From positions 1,158-65,157 of the forward strand of contig DJIF01000054.1 of assembly GCA_002433485.1 (NCBI GenBank): DNA of 64,000 nucleotides, given 5' to 3'. Within the stretch, counting starts at the first letter, position 1, and every line of letters starts with the position of its first letter. Below are positions 60,744 through 64,000 of the stretch, piece by piece. The notes below the pieces were generated by a model that was not told the origin of the DNA, ran no database searches, and worked only from the letters and a program-made list of their open reading frames with translations. The position numbers and the translations under genes were made by a program. Origin of the DNA: Deltaproteobacteria bacterium UBA6601. GTDB lineage: Bacteria > Myxococcota_A > UBA796 > UBA9615.

Positions 60744-61460
60744 CTAGAAGCCCAAGCCAAACTCCAAGGGGAAGTCACGAGCAGGAATGCAATAGCTGGC
60801 CTTGGAGGCACCCCGCAAGGGCTCGCCTTGCGGCTCTGCAAAGTGCAGACTCAGCTCAGTCTCGACGGTTGAGTCCTCTGCATAGCTCTTAAGCTGAACG
60901 TCTCCAGCAAGAGCAGGGTAGATAGTAGCTTGATAGTTGCTGCTGCCCGAGAACTCCTCGGCGCAGGCGTCAAAGTCGGCAGCTGGATAGTAGAGAACAT
61001 CAGCGTCAAAGTTAGGGCCCGCTGCCAGGTCCAGGGTCGCCTCATCGTGAAAGGCGTAGCTGGTCTCAAGCCCGATGTCTTCAGGTCGAGGGAGAGCCTT
61101 CATGCGAATCTGTGCATGCCAGAAGGGCTCTTCGCCCAGGTAAGAGGACATGAGCGTCTCCCAGGCGTTGCAGTAATCAGCGGGGGCCAGTCCGTCCTGC
61201 TGCTGCTGACGCAGCGCAGCCAGCTCGGAGAGTAGCGCTGGAAGTCGCTCGCACGGCTCGCTCAGAGGAGTCAACCAGAGCTGCAGATCATGAAAGGGGA
61301 CGGCAGTCCCAGGATCGGTGCCACGCAGCTCAAAATACACCGCCTCCTCAAAGGCCAGTTCCTCCCCACCAAGACTGCCACCCAGGCCAAATGGAAGGCA
61401 GCCACTGACCAGCGCCAGAGCGAAGACGAGCAGCGTGCTTAGCAAAATCTGCGAACCCAT
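60744..61460 (-). CDS. Lipoprotein. Function unknown.
   Basis: The ORF is open to 61709, but the probable start is MGSQILLSTLLVFALALVSGC (cat at 61458-61460) with a lipobox. Confidence 0.45.
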   Translation of the reverse strand: MGSQILLSTLLVFALALVSGCLPFGLGGSLGGEELAFEEAVYFELRGTDPGTAVPFHDLQLWLTPLSEPCERLPALLSELAALRQQQQDGLAPADYCNAWETLMSSYLGEEPFWHAQIRMKALPRPEDIGLETSYAFHDEATLDLAAGPNFDADVLYYPAADFDACAEEFSGSSNYQATIYPALAGDVQLKSYAEDSTVETELSLHFAEPQGEPLRGASKASYCIPARDFPLEFGLGF

Positions 61461-61530
61461 ACCGCTCAGTATGCCCCATCCCAGCCGACTCCAGCCCAAC
61501 TCAGACAACGGCCCGAGGCGCTGAAGCCGA

Positions 61531-62271
61531 TCACTCCACAAGTTGCTCCATGAGTCCCTGCTGCTCGATGAACTGCCAGGTCGACCAATGTCGGACGTCT
61601 GCCCGGCCCCCAAACTCCAACCAGAACGTACACAGATCGTCGCCGTCATCAACATCCAGAAAAGCCGGCAGCTCAACCACCTCACGACCCTGCTGGGCAG
61701 CAGCGGCAACGGTCTCTGAGAACACCGAACCGGTGCTCATCACCCGCGGGAACAGAGAGTCCGCCCGGCGGTCCAGTCCAACCAGATAGTAACCACCATC
61801 GAGATCCGGACCCAGTATCACGCTGCCCGGCTGCTGAGTCAGGGCGGCAAAGGCCTGCTCGACAAAAGAGTGAGGCAGGTGCGGCGAGTCCGAGTTGCGC
61901 ATCACGACCCGGGCATAGCCCAACTCAAACAGTTGGACGAAGACCGCATCCATACGCTCATTAAGATTCTCCCCCTGCTGCTGCAGATACCTGGCGTCCG
62001 CAGGAAAATAGCTGCTCAGCTCACCCGGCTGATCAACCTCTCCACACCAGGCGATCCAGAGATCCACGGGCGCATCCCACTGACTCAGCTCGCGACCAAT
62101 ATCGCGCAAAAAGGCCCGATACAGACCCACTGCCTGTTCTTCCTGTAGAGGCGGGCAAAGTCTGGTCTTGCAACGTCCAGCAACAGGAACCCGCACCATT
62201 ACAACAAGGGCCTGAGGATAGCGCGGGCTGTGGAGTTCGGAACTGTGCTGGGACATCGAGGCAGACTGCAA
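61531..62271 (-). CDS. DUF2064/TIGR04282-like putative nucleotide-sugar transferase
   Basis: The sequence reads ALVVMVRVPVAGRCKTRLCPPL...GLYRAFLRD, which is typical of the DUF2064 family (GT-A-like). Confidence 0.55.
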   Translation of the reverse strand: MQSASMSQHSSELHSPRYPQALVVMVRVPVAGRCKTRLCPPLQEEQAVGLYRAFLRDIGRELSQWDAPVDLWIAWCGEVDQPGELSSYFPADARYLQQQGENLNERMDAVFVQLFELGYARVVMRNSDSPHLPHSFVEQAFAALTQQPGSVILGPDLDGGYYLVGLDRRADSLFPRVMSTGSVFSETVAAAAQQGREVVELPAFLDVDDGDDLCTFWLEFGGRADVRHWSTWQFIEQQGLMEQLVE

Positions 62272-62567
62272 TTATACCCCTTCGCGATCGGTAATTTTAA
62301 GCGAATTGTTGCAGTCCAGGCAGTGGTAAAGGGTTGGGCCAAGGATCTCGAAATCGACTCTCTTGCCGTACAAAGCATGGAAGCGATGAACACGGCCTGG
62401 GCCAGGAGACGCTGCACAGACTGCTACAACGGAAGCTATCTCTCCGCTGAATCTTGCCCATGGAGAGCGACCCGGTGGCGCAGCAGAGCCGAGCTGCAAC
62501 CGGCCCGATATTTGCTCCGTCTGGACAGGCTCCGCGTCAGCACACAGAGAAAGCTCATAAGCAGGGC

Positions 62568-63956
62568 TTATTGGAGGGCCAGGGTCAGCTGATATTCCCA
62601 CAACAAGGGGTCGAGCGGCGGGCTGTACATGTCAACGACCAGATAATAGCGACCCGCCTGAGGCGGGCTCCAGCCCTCGATATACTCCGCCTCACCTGCC
62701 ACCGTAGCGTCCACAGCGGCGCCCTCAATACAGCTCTCGGGAGCCTGGCAGTCGGCAAGAATGTAGAGCTGCAGGTCCTCATCACTGAGGGCGCTTACAT
62801 CAAGACGCCCGCCGGCTGCCATGTCCAAGGGGATGAACAACTCCGGACCAGTAGAGTCCCAGTCTAAACACGGAACGGAGTCGACCCGCGAGCGAGTCTG
62901 AACTCCATAGCCAAGCGCGCTGTTGGAGGAACTTGATGGCGCCAAGACTGCCTCTGCACAACTGTCGTAGGAGGGCCAACCGCTCACATGGAGCACCTGC
63001 GGAAACTCCAATACCTGGGCAGAGACGCCGCTTACCGACAAATCACGCGGTCCCGGTGTCGCCTGAGAGGAGGCGCTGGCCTCGACCAACAGTTGTTCAG
63101 GACTCACCCCTGCGGTCACGGCGGCAACACTAAGACCCGCCCCAAAGCTAAGATCTCCTGGGGCAGGCAGCCCCCCCCAACCAGACTCCCGCGACAGTAC
63201 AAAACTGCGAGTCTGCCCCGGCACAATCCAGCCTGGGCGAAGGGCGGGAGTACTGATCTCAAGTTCTAACTCAAACGGACCGCCACTAGCGGTGGCTGTA
63301 GCGCCAACACCCACATAACTGTCGACCACTAGATAGTAGGTTCCCGATGTATCCGCGATGAAGGTCAGCACCTCCGGCTCGCCGCTGAGCCCCGCATCAG
63401 CACAGCCCACGGCAGAGGCGGGCAGCCCGCACGCACTCAGCAGTGCGAGGGCGCCATCGGCAAGCCCTGCCTGCTGCAGGGTTGCCACCATCATCTGCCC
63501 TTCCTGCAGATCGAGCCGATAAACGGAGTCTCGACCGTTCAGAGACCAGGGAAGACAGGAATAACCCGAAGCGTGGGTGTTACTGAGCGAGGCAGTAGTC
63601 GAGCTGTAGCTTCCAGCTGATAGCGGTGCAATGGCATCCGCAGCCAGACAGTCGTTAGATGGCAAGAGGTCGAGGACAGTAAAGGCATCAGGCCAATCTA
63701 CGGTCCCACCAGGACCGGTAATTCTGATGTGTCTGGGCCCGGGCGCAGCAACTGAGCTGATCTGCAGCTGCAGACTGGCACTCGACGGATCACTGCGCTC
63801 CGGCACCAGAGCCAGCACCGTTACCCCTGCAGCACTCAAGGTTCCAGTGCCATCAAGCTGCCCGACCTCAACGGTCACCCCATCGAAGCTCCCCGAATAC
63901 CAGTTAATGACCGCGCCGAAAGTCTGACCAGGCTCACCATAGGCCGGAGCAAGCAC
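62568..63956 (-). CDS. Secreted-type protein with two PPC (pre-peptidase C-terminal)-like domains. Function unknown.
   Basis: Two matches to the PPC pattern are present (TYYLVVDSYVGVG...FELELEI and GRYYLVVDMYSPP...YQLTL). No obvious N-terminal signal peptide is present, so the start is uncertain. A G8 tract lies inside the CDS. Confidence 0.5.
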   Translation of the reverse strand: MLAPAYGEPGQTFGAVINWYSGSFDGVTVEVGQLDGTGTLSAAGVTVLALVPERSDPSSASLQLQISSVAAPGPRHIRITGPGGTVDWPDAFTVLDLLPSNDCLAADAIAPLSAGSYSSTTASLSNTHASGYSCLPWSLNGRDSVYRLDLQEGQMMVATLQQAGLADGALALLSACGLPASAVGCADAGLSGEPEVLTFIADTSGTYYLVVDSYVGVGATATASGGPFELELEISTPALRPGWIVPGQTRSFVLSRESGWGGLPAPGDLSFGAGLSVAAVTAGVSPEQLLVEASASSQATPGPRDLSVSGVSAQVLEFPQVLHVSGWPSYDSCAEAVLAPSSSSNSALGYGVQTRSRVDSVPCLDWDSTGPELFIPLDMAAGGRLDVSALSDEDLQLYILADCQAPESCIEGAAVDATVAGEAEYIEGWSPPQAGRYYLVVDMYSPPLDPLLWEYQLTLALQ

Positions 63957-64000
63957 CAGATCCGGCAGGAGTTCGACTTGTAGTCGGCGCTCCTGCCGGG

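Noticed and set aside
62272-62567. Small ORFs in the 300-bp gap between the DUF2064 gene and the PPC-domain gene (109 aa on the minus strand, 120 aa on the plus strand, a possible 72-aa basic peptide from 62376), and a weak 6-bp hairpin ATAAGCagGGCTTAT at 62557-62571
   Set aside because: They are mutually overlapping with no RBS or family signal. The gap looks like terminator plus promoter DNA, with an AT-rich stretch at 62270-62330. The hairpin is too short and AT-rich to call a terminator.

Overview
This window is a high-GC (roughly 65-70% by eye) bacterial chromosome segment, and almost all of it is coding. Three things point to Myxococcota: C-terminal MYXO-CTERM-type sorting tails, an Oar-type TonB-dependent outer-membrane protein, and repeated Asp/Cys-rich 'MopE/thrombospondin-type-3-like' putative metal-binding repeats. 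From left to right the window holds ppdK, a fused glyQS, dnaE, an outer-membrane/lipoprotein accessory block, mreB, and then a complete division-and-cell-wall (dcw) cluster on the minus strand. That cluster runs mraZ-rsmH-ftsL-ftsI-murE-murF-mraY-ftsW-murG-murC-murB-ftsQ-ftsA-ftsZ and notably lacks murD and ddl. It is followed by smpB, an extracytoplasmic thiol-disulfide module (a TlpA-like thioredoxin next to a VKOR-DsbA fusion), prmA, two hypothetical genes, korAB, a GATase1 gene, a secreted amidase_2 protein with a MYXO-CTERM tail, an FGGY sugar kinase, a lipoprotein/MopE-repeat pair, an HDOD signalling protein, a membrane glycosyltransferase-like protein, a PqqD-like/zinc-ribbon protein, a UDPGP-type UGPase, a DUF2064 protein and a PPC-domain protein. 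I found no rRNA, tRNA, CRISPR array, transposase or integrase. The most interesting things to follow up are the Oar-like transporter with its adjacent giant repeat lipoprotein (a possible transporter-cargo pair), the thiol-disulfide module, the reduced dcw cluster, and several homopolymeric tracts that could be slippage sites.
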